64,000 nt of DNA from an uncultured Gemmatimonadales bacterium (GTDB lineage: Bacteria; Gemmatimonadota; Gemmatimonadetes; Gemmatimonadales; GWC2-71-9), in assembly GCA_963825055.1 (NCBI GenBank), contig CAWGSK010000009.1:224001-288000 (forward strand), given 5' to 3'. Under the pieces are notes generated by a model. The model worked only from the letters and a program-made list of their open reading frames with translations. It was not told the DNA's origin and searched no databases. The translations under genes were made by a program, and so were the position numbers. Shown here one piece after another: positions 9,776-19,718 of this stretch; positions within the stretch are counted from its first letter, which is position 1; each line of letters starts with the position of its first letter.

Positions 9776-10498
9776 TCAGTGCAGCCGGCTGGCGTGAAGT
9801 TCCTCGTAGAACGGCCGGCAGCGATCCACGAGTTCCTGAAGCCGGGGAGGCACGTCCGGTGCCTCCTCGCGCGGTGGAGCAAAGCCCGTTGAGCGCTCCA
9901 CCGCCTCGTACCAGTGGCGTGCCCAGATACCGTCGGTGTCCCGCCGGCCGGCAGGCCACCACAACATCCGGTCGGACCAGGGTACCCCGACTGCATCGCA
10001 GAGGCGGCGGAGCATGCCGGCGGGGTTCCGCAGGATGTCCGCCGAGTCCACCACGGGCGGTACAGCCCCGGTCCGGTCACGCACCTGGCGGAAGATCTCG
10101 ACCTGCTGCGGCAGTCCGGTATCCTCCAGCGAGGGCGAGGGGGTCTTGCGGTCCAGCGAGGCAAGCATGCGCGCCGGGTCCCGGATGAGGAAACAGTTAT
10201 CCAGGGTGTCCAGCCATCGCCGGTCCATGTCCGGCAACAGGTGGTGCGCCATGTGTTTCTGGTAGTAGACCGTGGCACCGCCGGGCTCTTCCTCCACCAG
10301 CCCCTGCACCACGCGCCGCCAGTCCGTGTCATGGTGCGCGATGACCTCATCCCGGCCGGGGTGCGCAACGTCCACCGCCGTCAGGTAGTGTGCGTAGAGC
10401 GGCTCGTCGCACACCACGGTGTCCTCGCGATTCCCCCATGAGCGCATCATGGCGGTGGAGATGTTGCGGGGCCCTGACCACATCGCCACGCGGATCAC
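9776..10498 (-). CDS. Sulfotransferase-like P-loop protein (type fused to BCAT-like aminotransferases)
   Basis: MWSGPRNISTAMMRSW, DEPLYAHYL, YQKHMAHH, FLIRDP, WARHWY..V..STGF. Confidence 0.8.
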   Translation of the reverse strand: MIRVAMWSGPRNISTAMMRSWGNREDTVVCDEPLYAHYLTAVDVAHPGRDEVIAHHDTDWRRVVQGLVEEEPGGATVYYQKHMAHHLLPDMDRRWLDTLDNCFLIRDPARMLASLDRKTPSPSLEDTGLPQQVEIFRQVRDRTGAVPPVVDSADILRNPAGMLRRLCDAVGVPWSDRMLWWPAGRRDTDGIWARHWYEAVERSTGFAPPREEAPDVPPRLQELVDRCRPFYEELHASRLH

Positions 10499-10499
10499 G

Positions 10500-10865
10500 T
10501 CAGGCCTGGCTGACGAGCCAGTCGAGCGCGGCGGCCTCGTCGTCGAACGCGCGCACGTTGCGGCGCGTGAGCCGGACCAGTGACGAATACACCACCCGCT
10601 GCAGCCCGGACAGGCCCACTACGGCCGACGCCCGGATGTATGGAGCGTTGGACTGCATGAGGTCACGGATGGCGGCCAGGATGGTCGCATCGAAGCGGGA
10701 CCCGGTCACGTCGGTCAGGACGAGGAGGGAGCCGGGGGCATGGTCCCTGACGGAAGCCTTCGCCTCCGCGATGGCCTCGAGCGCCCCCGGGCCCGCCATG
10801 ATCCGGGCGAAGTCGAACCGCAGGATGCGGTGGCCATCGTGTTCGAAGAAGCTCGCGCGTGCCAC
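10500..10865 (-). CDS. Hypothetical protein, STAS/SEC14 (SpoIIAA-like) fold likely
   Basis: GTG start at 10865. Pattern LVLTDVT..ASAVVG..RAFDDEAAALDWL. Confidence 0.6.
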   Translation of the reverse strand: MARASFFEHDGHRILRFDFARIMAGPGALEAIAEAKASVRDHAPGSLLVLTDVTGSRFDATILAAIRDLMQSNAPYIRASAVVGLSGLQRVVYSSLVRLTRRNVRAFDDEAAALDWLVSQA

Positions 10866-10990
10866 TGACGATCCTCCGGGCCCTGGTTCGGAATACACGG
10901 CCAGGCCCGCAACATAGCTTGGGCGCTCCCGGTCGGGAAACGACGGGGCGGGCTATATTGCGTGACCCCACCCCAGCCCGGAGCTCCCCG

Positions 10991-12667
10991 ATGTCGTTCC
11001 TCCCCTGGCTCGCCCTCTGGTGCGCCCCCGGACCGTCCGCGCCCCCCGTGTACGACGTGGTCATCCGCCACGCCAGCATCTACGACGGGAGCGGTCATGC
11101 CCCCGTCATCGGTGACATCGCCATCAGCGGCGATACAATTGCAGCGGTCGGGTTGGTGGCCGGGAAGGGCCGCCGGGAGATAGACGCCCACGGCATGGCG
11201 GTCGCTCCCGGGTTCATCAACATGCTGAGCTGGGCGACCGAGCCGCTCATCCAGGATGGCCGCAGCCTGAGCGACATCCGGCAGGGCGTCACCCTCGAGG
11301 TCTTCGGCGAGGGCTGGTCCATGGGTCCGCTGACCGGGGCCATGCGGCGCGAGGAACTGGCCCGTCAGGGCGACATCCGCTACGACATCCCGTGGACGAC
11401 GCTCGGGGAGTACCTGGAGTACCTCACCGGGCGCGGGATAACGCCTAACGTGGCAAGCTTCGTCGGCGCGACGACGATCCGCATCCATGTCATCGGGGAA
11501 GAAGACCGACAGCCTACCGCCGCCGAGCTGGACACCATGCGCCTCCTGGTCCGGCAGGCGATGGAGGACGGGGCCCTGGGCGTCGGGAGTTCCCTTATCT
11601 ACTCGCCGGCGTTCTACGCCGGTACGAACGAGCTCATCGAGATGTCACGGGTCGCCGGTGAATACGGCGGCATGTATATCAGCCACATGCGGGACGAGGG
11701 CCGGAACGTCCTGACCGCGCTCGACGAGCTGATCACGATCGCGCGCACGGCAGGGGTTCCGGCGGAGATCTACCACCTGAAAGCCTCTGGCCGGGCCAAC
11801 TGGGCGAAGCTCGATACCGTGATCGCCCGGGTGGAGCAGGCGCGCGCCGACGGGCTCCGCATTACTGCCGACATGTATACCTACCCCGCCAGCTCCACGG
11901 GCCTGGACGCCACGATGCCGCCCTGGGTACAGGAGGGCGGCCACGATGCCTGGGTCGCTCGGCTCCGTGATCCGGCCGTCCGGACGAAGGTGGTGGCGGA
12001 AATGCGGGGCGAGGGCGAGAACTTCGACAACGCGTTCGCGAACGCGGGAGGAGCGGGCGGGATCCTGCTCGTGAGCTTCAAGCAGGACAGTCTCAAGTAC
12101 CTGACCGGGAAGACGCTGGCGGAGGTCGCGGAGATGCGCGGCACGCCGCCGGAGGAGACCGCCCTCGACCTGGTCATCCAGGACGACAGCCGGGTGGGAG
12201 CGGTCTTCTTCACCATGTCCGAGGAGAACGTCCGGAAAAAGCTGAGGCTGCCGTGGGTGAGTTTCGGCTCAGACGGGGGATCGCTGGCACCGGAGGATCC
12301 CTTTACGCGCTCGAATCCCCATCCCCGTTCCTACGGCAACTTCGCCCGCCTGCTCGGCCACTATGTGCGGGACGAGAAGATCCTTCCGCTGGAAGCCGCC
12401 ATTCACCGGCTCACGCTGCTTCCCGCAACCAATCTCAAGCTCGACCGCCGCGGGGCACTGCGGCCCGGGTGGTACGCTGACGTCGTCGTGTTCGACCCGG
12501 CCACGATTACCGACCACGCCACCTTCGCGGAGCCGCACCAGCTCGCCACCGGGGTCCGGGACGTATTCGTGAATGGCGTGCAGGTGCTGCGCGACGGGGC
12601 CCACACCGGGGCCATGCCGGGCCGGGTGGTACGCGGCCCGGGATACCGGGGGCCGCTGCCGCGCTGA
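10991..12667 (+). CDS. N-acyl-D-amino-acid deacylase (D-aminoacylase), probably exported
   Basis: YDVVIR..IYDGSG, GDIAI.GD.I, APGFINM, YISHMRDE, YHLK, GSDG, HPRSYGNFAR, RGAL.PG..ADVVVFDP. Short hydrophobic N-terminus. Confidence 0.88.
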   Translation: MSFLPWLALWCAPGPSAPPVYDVVIRHASIYDGSGHAPVIGDIAISGDTIAAVGLVAGKGRREIDAHGMAVAPGFINMLSWATEPLIQDGRSLSDIRQGVTLEVFGEGWSMGPLTGAMRREELARQGDIRYDIPWTTLGEYLEYLTGRGITPNVASFVGATTIRIHVIGEEDRQPTAAELDTMRLLVRQAMEDGALGVGSSLIYSPAFYAGTNELIEMSRVAGEYGGMYISHMRDEGRNVLTALDELITIARTAGVPAEIYHLKASGRANWAKLDTVIARVEQARADGLRITADMYTYPASSTGLDATMPPWVQEGGHDAWVARLRDPAVRTKVVAEMRGEGENFDNAFANAGGAGGILLVSFKQDSLKYLTGKTLAEVAEMRGTPPEETALDLVIQDDSRVGAVFFTMSEENVRKKLRLPWVSFGSDGGSLAPEDPFTRSNPHPRSYGNFARLLGHYVRDEKILPLEAAIHRLTLLPATNLKLDRRGALRPGWYADVVVFDPATITDHATFAEPHQLATGVRDVFVNGVQVLRDGAHTGAMPGRVVRGPGYRGPLPR

Positions 12668-13132
12668 TCAGGAGGGACGCAGGTCGGGGGGGCCTATCAT
12701 CTCCCGGAGTTGACCCGCCACCCGGCGCTGGCTCTTCCGGTCCTTGAGCGCGAGGAAGATCGTGTCGTCCCCGGCGAGCGTCCCCACGACCTCCGGCCAT
12801 GCCAGCCGGTCGAGCGCGACGGCGACCCTGTTCGCCTCGCCGGGCGGCGTGTGCAGGACCACCATCGCGTCACCGGCAGTCTCCACCGTGAGGAGTCCGT
12901 CCACGATCCGCTTCTCGTCCGGATCGGTCACCACCACGACAGCCGCGGCGCGGGCGTAGATCCCATCCACCTTCACCAGCCGGAGAGCCGTGATGTCGCG
13001 GCTCACCGATGACTGCGTTACCTCCCACCCCTCCGCGCGGAGTGCCTCGGCCAGTTCTTCCTGCGTCTGCACCGGCCTCGTGCTGATGAGTTCCAGGATC
13101 TTGAGATGGCGCTTCGCGCGGACGGAGGTCAT
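12668..13132 (-). CDS. argR: Arginine repressor
   Basis: QTQEEL, VTQSSVSRDI..L.LVK, HTPPG.A, GTLAGDDTIF. Confidence 0.95.
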   Translation of the reverse strand: MTSVRAKRHLKILELISTRPVQTQEELAEALRAEGWEVTQSSVSRDITALRLVKVDGIYARAAAVVVVTDPDEKRIVDGLLTVETAGDAMVVLHTPPGEANRVAVALDRLAWPEVVGTLAGDDTIFLALKDRKSQRRVAGQLREMIGPPDLRPS

Positions 13133-14520
13133 CCTGCCCTCCCCCGCCCGCCGGCCAGCCGGGCGATCGCGGCCTCGAAGCGGCGATGTTCCCGGGTGCG
13201 CCACCGTCGGGCGGCGCTGAGGCGCGCACGCGCCGCGGGGATGCCGGGATTCCCGGGGGCACCCGTGGCGCTCCGGCGGGACAGTACATCCCCGGCGCCC
13301 GGGACCGGTACATCCTCCCCGTCATGATATGCCTTCGACACCGCGCGGTAGGCTTCGCGGAACGGCGTGCCCTGGTCCACCCGCCGCATGACCTCGTCGG
13401 TGACGAGCAGTCCGCCCTCTCCCAGCATCTGGCGACCGCGCGCGCGGTCCACCTCGAGGTGCGGGATCATCCGTCCCAGCATGTCCAGGGCGCCCTCGAG
13501 CTGGTCGAGACCCCGGAAGAGCGGTGCCTTGAGCAGCTGGAAATCGCGATGGTACCCGGACGTCAGGTTCGAGCGCAGCGCCAGGACAGCGGCAAGGTCC
13601 CCGGCCAGCGTGGCCATGCGGCCCCGGGTCAGCTCGAAGACGTCCGGGTTCCGCTTCTGCGGCATGATGCTGGAGCCGGTGGTGAACTGTTCCGGCAGGC
13701 GGAGCAGCCCGTACTCCGCGGCGGAGAAAAGGATTGTGTCGCTCGAGAAGCGCGAAAGGTCATGTCCCACCTGCACGCACCAGAAGAGCACGGCGGCCTC
13801 GAGCTTCCCGCGCCCGTTCTGGACCGTCGCCACGTTGTGGTCGAGGCCTCCGAATCCGAGGGCACGCTGGACCGCCTCCCGGTCGAGCGGCAGCGGAACA
13901 CCGTAGCCCGCGGCGCTGCCGAGCGGCGAGCGGTCCACCTGGCCCCAGAGCGCCTGCAGCGCCTCCAGTGAATCGAGCAGTCCCTCCGCGTGCGCGGCCG
14001 CCCAGAGGCCGGCGGTGGAAGGCATGGCAGCGCGCGTGTGGGTGTAGCCGGGCCAGAGCGCGGTCCGGTAGCGCGTGGCGAATCGCAGCAGCCCGCCCGT
14101 CAGGTGATCGATGGAAGCGTGTGCCTCGAGGAGACGGTCCTTGAGGTACAGGCGGAGGTCCACGGCTACCTGGTCGTTGCGGGAGCGCCCGGTGTGAATC
14201 CGCCCGCCATCCTCGCCAATGCGGCGGGTGAGCCACTTTTCCACCGCGGAATGGGCGTCCTCGTCCCGGGCACCAATAGCCAGGGATTCGTCGTCGACGG
14301 CCCGGAGTGCAGCCCGGAGGCCGGCCCTGAGCCGCGTGTACTGTGCACGCGTGACCAGGTCCGCACGCCGCAGCCCCTCCAGATGGCCCAGACTCCCCAG
14401 CACATCCCAGTAGAGCAGCCGGCCGTCCAGGTCCCGGTCATCGCCCACGGTGTACGCGAGCATGGCGGGATCGGCCCCCGCCCCGCCCCAGAGGGCATCG
14501 CCCTTCCGCTTCGGAGTCAT
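13129..14520 (-). CDS. argH: Argininosuccinate lyase
   Basis: LWGG, IHTGRSRNDQV, PGYTH, SPLGSAAG, TGSSIMPQKRNPD, GYHRDFQ. Confidence 0.95.
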   Translation of the reverse strand: MTPKRKGDALWGGAGADPAMLAYTVGDDRDLDGRLLYWDVLGSLGHLEGLRRADLVTRAQYTRLRAGLRAALRAVDDESLAIGARDEDAHSAVEKWLTRRIGEDGGRIHTGRSRNDQVAVDLRLYLKDRLLEAHASIDHLTGGLLRFATRYRTALWPGYTHTRAAMPSTAGLWAAAHAEGLLDSLEALQALWGQVDRSPLGSAAGYGVPLPLDREAVQRALGFGGLDHNVATVQNGRGKLEAAVLFWCVQVGHDLSRFSSDTILFSAAEYGLLRLPEQFTTGSSIMPQKRNPDVFELTRGRMATLAGDLAAVLALRSNLTSGYHRDFQLLKAPLFRGLDQLEGALDMLGRMIPHLEVDRARGRQMLGEGGLLVTDEVMRRVDQGTPFREAYRAVSKAYHDGEDVPVPGAGDVLSRRSATGAPGNPGIPAARARLSAARRWRTREHRRFEAAIARLAGGRGRAG

Positions 14521-15587
14521 GACAGGTACTCCCGGGCCAGTTGCGCGTAGAAATCCACCGCGTCGGAAACCTCGGCCAGCTCGACGCATTCGTCGGGTGT
14601 ATGCGAGCGGCGACTCGTACCGGGTCCGCACTTGACCGCGTCGCAATGCCGCAGGAACACCCAGTCGGAGCAGGTTGGGCTTCCATAGGACGAGGCGGTC
14701 GGACGCGCGCGCAGCGCGGCAGCCAGGAGGGCGGAACCAGGCGGGGTCTCGCAGGGCACCAGCCGGTCGGAGGTGACGATGACCTCGGACTCCAGCTCGC
14801 GTCGCAGCACATCGGCCAGCTCCACGTGGGTCCAGGAGGGCGTGCTCCGCACGTCGAGAATGGCACGGGCCACCGGTGGCGTCACGTTCCGGCTCACGCC
14901 TGCCTCGACCATCGTGGGCGTGATGGTGGGCTGGCCGAGCACGGGATGAGGCCGGTCCTGGGCGAGCGAGGCCAGTCGCACCAGGTCGTGGGACAGCAGG
15001 AGGAGCGCGTTGGCGTAGGCACCATCGTCTGCCGCACGCCCTGCATGCCGCTGGTCTCCTCGCGCCACGAGGTCAATCATCATCAGTCCCCGCTGGGCTA
15101 CGGCGAACTCCAGGTTGGTGGGCTCCCCGATAACCGCGGCATCGATGCGGCCGGCGCGTGCAACCGCCTCGGGCATCGTGGTGTGCCGGGTCTCCTCGCC
15201 ATGGCCGAAGATCAGGAGCAGCCTCCCACCGATCCCCGGCTGCTCCGCGCCGAGCCGCATGGCTGCCGCGAGCATCGCCGCGACGGAGGCTTTTGCGTCC
15301 CCCGACCCGCGCCCGTAGAGGCGGCCCTCCCGGACCTCGGCCCCGAACGGGTCGCACGTCCACCCCTCGCCGGGCGGGACGACATCCAGGTGGGATACGA
15401 GCGCCAGCGTGCGTCCTCCCGCCGGTCCGACCTCGACCCGGACGCCGGCCTCGTCGCGGACGACATCGAGACCGGCCTCGCGCGCGCGCGCCGCGACCAG
15501 CGTGGCGACGGCTTCCTCGTCCCCGCTGACGGAGGGCGTCCGGACCAGTTCCCGGAGGAGCGCGTGCTCAGTCGGCGAGGTCGACAT
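14517..15587 (-). CDS. argE: M20 deacylase, ArgE-like (N-acyl-citrulline/ornithine deacylase)
   Basis: PSVSG.E, SHLDVV, GRGSGDAKA, GEE, GEPT, GPG....HTPDE. Lies inside the arg operon. Confidence 0.85.
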   Translation of the reverse strand: MSTSPTEHALLRELVRTPSVSGDEEAVATLVAARAREAGLDVVRDEAGVRVEVGPAGGRTLALVSHLDVVPPGEGWTCDPFGAEVREGRLYGRGSGDAKASVAAMLAAAMRLGAEQPGIGGRLLLIFGHGEETRHTTMPEAVARAGRIDAAVIGEPTNLEFAVAQRGLMMIDLVARGDQRHAGRAADDGAYANALLLLSHDLVRLASLAQDRPHPVLGQPTITPTMVEAGVSRNVTPPVARAILDVRSTPSWTHVELADVLRRELESEVIVTSDRLVPCETPPGSALLAAALRARPTASSYGSPTCSDWVFLRHCDAVKCGPGTSRRSHTPDECVELAEVSDAVDFYAQLAREYLS

Positions 15588-16497
15588 CCAGGTAGGTCGC
15601 CTTCTCCTTCCGGCCCACGATCATCGTGCCGCAGCCCGCCCCGGTGAACACCTCCTGGAGCAGCGCGTCAGGCGTGGCGCCACCGATGATGTGCGTACGC
15701 TCCACCCCGCCGGTCGCGGCACGAATGCACGCCTCAACCTTGGGCCGCATCCCCCCTGCGAGCGCCCCGCTGGCCATGAGAGTCGCAAGGTCGTCCGGAT
15801 CCGCGAAAGCGACCAGCGAGGACGGGTCCTCCCGGTTCCGCAGCACTCCGGGAGCGCCGGTCAGGAAGATGAGCTTCTGCGCGCGGAGCGCGGTGGCCAG
15901 CGCCTCGGCTACGGTGTCCGCATTGATGTTGTAGACATTCCCATCGGCGTCGCCGGCGAGGCTTCCCACCACGGGCACGTACCGTGCGTCGAGCAGGACC
16001 GTCAACAGCGCCGGATCCACCCGGTCGATGTCACCAACGTGCCCGAAATCCACCTCGCGGCGGTTGCCGTCATCGTCCACGATGGTCACGGGCGGGCGCC
16101 GGTGAGCCGTGATCAGCGCGCCGTCCAGGCCGCTGATGCCGACGGCATGCACCTCGTGCTCCCGCAACGCCGAGAGCAGGTCGATGCTGAGCGACCCGCC
16201 ATAGACCATCTTCGCCACCTCGAGTGTCGCATCGTCCGTGATACGACGCCCGGCCACCATGCGGGGCTCCACCCCGAGGCGTCGGCTGGTCTCGCTGGCC
16301 TGGGGTCCACCGCCGTGCACCAGCACGATCCGGATCCCCAGCGAACTGAGCAGGGCGACCTGGCCCGCAACCTCCTCCAGCACGCTGCGGTTCGCCAGCA
16401 CCTCCCCTCCAAGCTTCACGACGAAGATCTGGTCGCGATAAGCCCGGACATATCGCAGGGCGCCCTTGAGTCCCGCGATTCCACGCGAGGTGTTCAT
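15568..16497 (-). CDS. argB: N-acylglutamate (acetylglutamate) kinase
   Basis: ATG at 16497 after GAGGAGG. FVVKLGG, VHGGGPQ, GRRITD, YNINAD, GGMRPKV. Confidence 0.93.
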   Translation of the reverse strand: MNTSRGIAGLKGALRYVRAYRDQIFVVKLGGEVLANRSVLEEVAGQVALLSSLGIRIVLVHGGGPQASETSRRLGVEPRMVAGRRITDDATLEVAKMVYGGSLSIDLLSALREHEVHAVGISGLDGALITAHRRPPVTIVDDDGNRREVDFGHVGDIDRVDPALLTVLLDARYVPVVGSLAGDADGNVYNINADTVAEALATALRAQKLIFLTGAPGVLRNREDPSSLVAFADPDDLATLMASGALAGGMRPKVEACIRAATGGVERTHIIGGATPDALLQEVFTGAGCGTMIVGRKEKATYLDVDLAD

Positions 16498-16534
16498 CGT
16501 CCGCCTCCTCCTCGTTCGCCACACGGCGGCCGGA

Positions 16535-17554
16535 TCATCCGGCACCGCCCAGCAGTGAGAGCAGCAGCGCCCGCTGCACGTGCAGCCGGTTTTCGGCTTC
16601 ATCCACCACCACGCTGTTCGGGCCGTCGAGTACCGCGTCGTCCACTTCCACGTTGCGCCGCACCGGCAGGCAGTGCATCACGATGCCCCGGCCCTGGCGG
16701 GTGCTGCGCAGGCGATCCTGGGTCAGCCGCCAGTCCCGGCGCGACGCGCGCGCGGCGGCTTCCTCCTCGGGGCGGCCGTAGTGGGCCAGGCTGCCCCAGC
16801 TCTTCACGTATACCGCATCCGCCCCCACCAGGGCCTGGTCCATGTCATTGATGATGTGCACAACGCCGCCGCCGTTCTGCTGCGTCACCTGCCGGATCAG
16901 CGCCGTATCCTCCGGATCCAGTTCATAGCCATCGGGCCGCGCGATGACGAGCTCCATTCCCTGGCGCGCGGCCGCGAGCGCGGCGCTCACCGGGACCGCC
17001 GTCGGCAGCGCCTTCGGGTGCCATGCCCAGGTCAGGACGAAACGCTTGCCGTGCGTTTCCCCCAGCTTGTCGCGGAGGGTGAGCTGGTCCGCAAGTTCCT
17101 GGCAGGGATGCCGCCGGGAGCTCTCCAGGTTGATTACGGGTTTCTCGCAGTGCTCGGCGAAGAGGCGCATCACCTGGTCCTGGCGCGCCACGGCCCAGTC
17201 CGGATCGCGCGGGAAGCACCGGAGCCCGAGCACGTCGGCGTACCGGCCCAGTACGCGGGCCGCATCGATCACGTGCTCAACACCCGGTCCATCCATTACC
17301 GCCCCGCGCTCCGTCTCGAGCGCCCAGCTTCCCCGGCCCGGCTCCACCACCATCGCATGGCCGCCGTGCCGGTACATGGCGGCCTCGAAGCTCGCCCGCG
17401 TCCGCAGGCTCGGGTCCATGAACACCAGGGCCATGAGGCGCCCCTCCAGACCCCCGTGCACCTCGCCGTTGCGTACGCGCACGGCGAGTCGGAGCAGTGC
17501 CTCGACTTCCTCCGGCGACCAGTCCTCCACGGCCAGAAAGTCACGCTTGGTCAT
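16535..17554 (-). CDS. argF: N-acylornithine carbamoyltransferase (ArgF' type: AOTCase/SOTCase)
   Basis: PSLRTRASFE, the ArgF'-type loop W..E...G.VMDG...EH, HPCQELAD, WAWHPKALPTAV, YVKSW, HCLPVRRN. Confidence 0.92.
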   Translation of the reverse strand: MTKRDFLAVEDWSPEEVEALLRLAVRVRNGEVHGGLEGRLMALVFMDPSLRTRASFEAAMYRHGGHAMVVEPGRGSWALETERGAVMDGPGVEHVIDAARVLGRYADVLGLRCFPRDPDWAVARQDQVMRLFAEHCEKPVINLESSRRHPCQELADQLTLRDKLGETHGKRFVLTWAWHPKALPTAVPVSAALAAARQGMELVIARPDGYELDPEDTALIRQVTQQNGGGVVHIINDMDQALVGADAVYVKSWGSLAHYGRPEEEAAARASRRDWRLTQDRLRSTRQGRGIVMHCLPVRRNVEVDDAVLDGPNSVVVDEAENRLHVQRALLLSLLGGAG

Positions 17555-18702
17555 GCCAGTACCTCGGAGAGGGCAGCCAGGAGCAGGCCGGCTTCCTCCC
17601 GGGAGAAGACGAGTGGCGGCAGGAGCCGCAACGTGTGCGGATCGGTCGAGGTTCCCGTGAGAATCCGGCGCTGGAAGAGTGCCTGCTGGACCTCGCGGGC
17701 GGACCGGTCGAGCTCGAGGCCAAGCAGCAGGCCTCTCCCGTGGACCCGGGCCACGCCCAGGGCGAGGGCCTCCTCGCGAAGGTACGCGCCGATGTCGATT
17801 GCGTTGCCGATCAGCCCTTCATCGTCGATCACGGCAAGGGTGGCGAGGGCGGCGGCGCATGGCACTGGCCCGCCGCCGAAAGTGCTGCCGAGGTCGCCCG
17901 GTTCCAGCGAAGATGTGAGCGCCGGCCGCGCCAGCATTGCCGCGATGGGCAGCCCGGACCCCAGGCCCTTTGCCATGGTGAGAATGTCCGGCGTGACCCC
18001 CACCGCTTCCGCCGCAGTGAACGCTCCGCACCGGCCGACCCCGCACTGCACCTCGTCGAATACCAGCGCCGTCCCGGTGGCATCACAGATATGGCGCGCC
18101 GCCTCGAGGAACTCAGTACTGGCAGTCCGTGCCCCTGACATGCCCTGCACCGGCTCCAGGAGCACCGCGGCCGCCCCGTGGCCGACCACCCGCCGCAGGT
18201 CGTCCACGTCATTGAAGCCGGCGCGCCGGCTGAGCGGCATGCCCGCTCGCAGGGCGCCGGCCTCGTAGCGCTCCCCGTCACAGCAGGCGAGCGTGGCCAC
18301 GGTCCGGCCATGCCAGCCCCCCGTCACGGTCACCACATCCTGCCGCCCAGTCCAGCGTCGCGCGAGATGCAGGGCGTTTTCGTTCGCCTCAGCGCCGGAA
18401 TTACAGAAGAAGACGCGATCCAGTGGACGCGGGGCCAGCGCGACCAGCGCCTCCGCCAGTTCCTCCCGCATGGGCAGCGGGACCGCGGAGGAGTAGAACA
18501 GGAGTCGCGCGGCCTGCTCGGCGATCGCCGCGACCACCCGCGGGTGCGAATGACCCGTGGATGAGACCGCGTGGCCCCCATAGGCGTCCAGCCAGCGCTC
18601 GCCATCCTCGTCCACCAGCCAGCTGCCGGCCCCCATGACGGGCCGCACCGGCATGTGGGCATACACTTCGAGCAGCGCCGGCCCCCGGTCAGCCCTCAGC
18701 AT
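17551..18702 (-). CDS. argD: Acylornithine aminotransferase (class III)
   Basis: GHSHP, FFCNSGAEANE, WHGRT, EPVQG, FDEVQCG.GR.G, PDILTMAKGLG.G.P, STFGG. Confidence 0.9.
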   Translation of the reverse strand: MLRADRGPALLEVYAHMPVRPVMGAGSWLVDEDGERWLDAYGGHAVSSTGHSHPRVVAAIAEQAARLLFYSSAVPLPMREELAEALVALAPRPLDRVFFCNSGAEANENALHLARRWTGRQDVVTVTGGWHGRTVATLACCDGERYEAGALRAGMPLSRRAGFNDVDDLRRVVGHGAAAVLLEPVQGMSGARTASTEFLEAARHICDATGTALVFDEVQCGVGRCGAFTAAEAVGVTPDILTMAKGLGSGLPIAAMLARPALTSSLEPGDLGSTFGGGPVPCAAALATLAVIDDEGLIGNAIDIGAYLREEALALGVARVHGRGLLLGLELDRSAREVQQALFQRRILTGTSTDPHTLRLLPPLVFSREEAGLLLAALSEVLA

Positions 18703-19718
18703 GGGAACATGCTCGAGAGCACCAGGCCGGCGTCCTCGGGAAAACCGAGGGCCAGGTTCATTGCCTGCACGGCCTGGCCCCCGGCGCCCTTGATCAGGTT
18801 GTCGATGGCAACCATGACCTGCACTTCGAGGCCATCCGCCGAGACCGCGGGATGAATCAGCGCCATGTTCGTGCCCACCGCATGCGTCAGTTCCGGCGGC
18901 TCGTCGGTGAGGCGGATGAACCGGCGGCCGCCATAGGCCTGCCGGAACCAGCCGGCGGCATCGCCGGGCTCCGGAAGTCGCGCGTGCAGGGTGAGGTAGA
19001 TCCCGCGAACGAATGGACCAGAGTGCGTCATCAGCGTGGCGCCGGCTTCGGGGTCATCCACCCAGTGGCGCCAGCTGGAGAGCACTTCCGCCTGGTGACG
19101 GTGGCCGGCCACGGAATACGCGAAGACATTGCTGGCGCGCGCAGGATGGTGCGTGGTTGGCCGTGGATTCCGGCCGGCGCCACTGGAACCGGTGATCCCC
19201 CAGAGTGCCGGGTGAATCCCTGACCCGGCGCGGGCAAGGGGATGAAGCGCGAGCTGTGCGGCGGTCGCAAAGCAGCCGGGCACGGCCAGCGCCTTGGATC
19301 CTGCGAGGCTTCCACCGAGTACGTCCGCCAGCGCGTACGTGAATCGGCCGACGAACTCCGGCGCCGCATGAGTACCGTAGTAGTGCTCGTAGAGCCGCAG
19401 GTCCTGCACCCGGAAGTCCGCCGCCAGGTCCACGATCAACCCGGGGCCGGCTTCGAAAATCCCGTCAATCACGCGCGAGGACTCCCCGTGCTCCAGCGCG
19501 AGGAAGACGACATCACACCCGCGCGCGGCTTCGCCCGGGCTGCTGCCCGCAAACCGGCTGTCGGTCAGTTCAGCGAGGCCGGGATGAACGCTCGCGATCG
19601 GCTTGCCCGCCTGACTCCGGCTCGTCGCGAGGCACTCGGTGACTTCCGGGTGCCGCAGGAGGAGTCGCAGGAGTTCGGCGCCGACGTAGCCGGCGCCGCC
19701 GATGACTGCCACCTTCAC
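18696..19718 (-). CDS. argC: N-acylglutamyl-phosphate reductase
   Basis: GTG start; VAVIGGAGYVG.EL.RLL..HP, DLAADFR, PGCFATA, GSSGAG, HRH, RGI, IDNLIKGAGGQAVQAMN. Confidence 0.95.
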   Translation of the reverse strand: MKVAVIGGAGYVGAELLRLLLRHPEVTECLATSRSQAGKPIASVHPGLAELTDSRFAGSSPGEAARGCDVVFLALEHGESSRVIDGIFEAGPGLIVDLAADFRVQDLRLYEHYYGTHAAPEFVGRFTYALADVLGGSLAGSKALAVPGCFATAAQLALHPLARAGSGIHPALWGITGSSGAGRNPRPTTHHPARASNVFAYSVAGHRHQAEVLSSWRHWVDDPEAGATLMTHSGPFVRGIYLTLHARLPEPGDAAGWFRQAYGGRRFIRLTDEPPELTHAVGTNMALIHPAVSADGLEVQVMVAIDNLIKGAGGQAVQAMNLALGFPEDAGLVLSSMFPC

